IMG/VR virus record: IMGVR_UViG_3300017963_000003
Location: 128,261-192,260 of that record
Source of the DNA: a virus
Length of the DNA stretch: 64,000 nt
Reading direction: 5' to 3' (one strand)
Shown: positions 62,617 to 64,000 of the stretch, one piece after another
Numbering within the stretch: the first letter of the stretch is position 1
Layout of the letters: each line of letters opens with the position of its first letter
Program-made: the position numbers and the translations under genes
The notes under the pieces: generated by a model
What the model was told of the DNA's origin: nothing
Databases searched by the model: none
The model's input: only the letters and a program-made list of their open reading frames with translations

Positions 62617-63651
62617 CTACTCCTGAGGTACCGCATACTTGGCCAAGACTGCTTGCTCGACCTCGGACATGATGTCCGGATTGTTGGCCAAGAAGTGCTT
62701 GGAGTTTTCCTTCCCTTGTCCGATACGCTCATTGCGGAAACTGTAGAAAGCACCGCTTTGGTCGATAACCTTCTCCCGAACGCCGATGTTGAAGACATCC
62801 GAGGACCTGAGGAACCCGTACCCGTAGTAGAGCACCAACTCCACCTCGCGGAAGGGAGGGGCTACCTTGTTCTTGACCACCTTCACCCGAGCCATCTGAC
62901 CGATGGGGTTGCCCTGGGCATCTTGTTCCTTGAGCTTGCCGATGTAGCGCACATCCAGCCTCTGCGAAGCGTAGAACTTGAGCGCGTTACCACCAGTGGT
63001 GGTCTCGGGACTCCCAAACATCACACCGATCTTCATCCTAGTCTGGTTGATGAAAACTAGCGTGACACCACTAGCCGAGACCTTCGCAGTCAGCTTACGC
63101 ATCGCCTGAGACATCAACCGTGCCAGGAGACCCATGTGAGAGTCCCCCATCTCCCCGTCCAGCTCAGCCTGAGGAGTGAGGTTCGCCACAGAGTCGACCA
63201 CGATCATGTCCCCGCGCTGCATGTGATCGCAAAGAGTGCCAACAAGACTGAGAGCCTGCTCGCCGCTCTCCGGCTGAGCGATCATCATCGCAGCGTGGTT
63301 GACGCCGAGCTGCTGACCGTAAGAAGGGTCGTACGCATGCTCGACGTCAATGAGCGCAGTCGCGTTCCCCGCAGCCTGGACTGCTGCAAGGGCGTGGAGG
63401 GCCAAGGTAGTCTTACCCCCTCCCTCGGGACCGTAGATCTCGACAATCCGGCCCTGGGGGTACCCTCCCCCCAGGGCTAGGTCCAGGCTAAAGATGCCAG
63501 AAGGATTCCGAGGGACATCTACGATCTTCGTCGACCCCATCAACTGGAGACCGAAGTCCTTGCCGCCCTTCGCAGACTCTATCTCCTTCAGTATCTGAAC
63601 CGTGCGGTTGGGCTCGACCTCGGGTTCCTTCTGCTTCTTCTTCTTCGGCAT
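62617..63651 (-). CDS. recA: RecA recombinase
   Basis: GRIVEIYGPEGGGKTT, VDSVANL, FINQTRMKIGVMFGSPETTTGGNALKFYAS. Confidence 0.97.
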   Translation of the reverse strand: MPKKKKQKEPEVEPNRTVQILKEIESAKGGKDFGLQLMGSTKIVDVPRNPSGIFSLDLALGGGYPQGRIVEIYGPEGGGKTTLALHALAAVQAAGNATALIDVEHAYDPSYGQQLGVNHAAMMIAQPESGEQALSLVGTLCDHMQRGDMIVVDSVANLTPQAELDGEMGDSHMGLLARLMSQAMRKLTAKVSASGVTLVFINQTRMKIGVMFGSPETTTGGNALKFYASQRLDVRYIGKLKEQDAQGNPIGQMARVKVVKNKVAPPFREVELVLYYGYGFLRSSDVFNIGVREKVIDQSGAFYSFRNERIGQGKENSKHFLANNPDIMSEVEQAVLAKYAVPQE

Positions 63652-63657
63652 CTCTAC

Positions 63658-64000
63658 CTACCAGCTCCGCTTCGGAGGAGCGTCTCCCGCAGGAGGAGTC
63701 GGAGCACGATCCGGGGGAGCAGCTCCCTGGGCCTGATCGATGGTCGGTACCGGCGACTGAGCCGGAACACCTACGGGAGCGGCCGGGGGAGGCTGGACAG
63801 GGACCGGTGCGCCCCCGAAATTAGGAGCGGCAGGCGCTGCCGGAGCCGGAGGAGCAGCCGGAGCGCCCATGGGAGGCGCGGCAGCCGGAGGAGCAGCGGC
63901 AGCCGGCGGTGCGCCCATGGGAGGCGCGGCAGCCGGAGGAGCAGCGGCAGCCGGAGGAGCAGCGGCAGCCGGCGGTGCGCCCATGGGAGGCGCGGCAGCC
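63658..64000 (-). CDS. C-terminal Pro/Ala-rich tail of a gene starting beyond the window (possibly an ssDNA-binding protein)
   Basis: PAAAAPP repeats in frame, ending KRSW-stop just before the recA RBS. Confidence 0.6.
   Translation of the reverse strand, partial: AAAPPMGAPPAAAAPPAAAAPPAAAPPMGAPPAAAAPPAAAPPMGAPAAPPAPAAPAAPNFGGAPVPVQPPPAAPVGVPAQSPVPTIDQAQGAAPPDRAPTPPAGDAPPKRSW

Noticed and set aside
1-64000. Stop-codon reassignment, as seen in some jumbo phages
   Set aside because: RecA, SbcC/SbcD, ThyX and Ro60 are full length in the standard code, and TAG is the preferred real stop.

Overview
This window reads as a ~63% GC jumbo-phage genome segment with a bacterial host (sigma70-type promoters). 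A Myxococcota/deltaproteobacterial host is only an inference. Left to right: (1) 1-500, the 5' end of a Cas12m/TnpB-like gene running off the left edge; (2) 500-2200, a non-coding repeat and palindrome zone that looks like a genome end or origin; (3) 2.2-24.9 kb, two convergent arrays of small early genes, in which about 17 near-identical promoter-RBS repeats supply each cassette's start context and a TAG stop abuts the next repeat (includes ArdA, a HARP/SNF2 helicase, DUF2786 and a TOPRIM protein); (4) 24.9-27.3 kb, a Ro60/TROVE gene preceded by five related Y-RNA-like stem units, two carrying circularly permuted tRNA modules; (5) 27-35 kb, a transglycosylase-like protein, thyX, a methyltransferase, a Cys-rich lipoprotein and small ORFs; (6) 35.6-42 kb, eight unrelated enzyme-like ORFs that share an N-terminal leader (MKLQGIPDSGLRRIAQ), partly identical at DNA level; (7) 42-55 kb, giant modular proteins punctuated by similar basic [RK]-x-A motifs; (8) 55-64 kb, trigger factor, RusA, SbcC/SbcD, RecA and a Pro/Ala-rich tail. 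The best candidates for an undescribed system are the leader-tagged cargo array with its [RK]xA-punctuated proteins, the Ro60 plus Y-like RNA array, and the promoter-cassette arrays. All family calls come from motif recognition by eye; no database searches were run.
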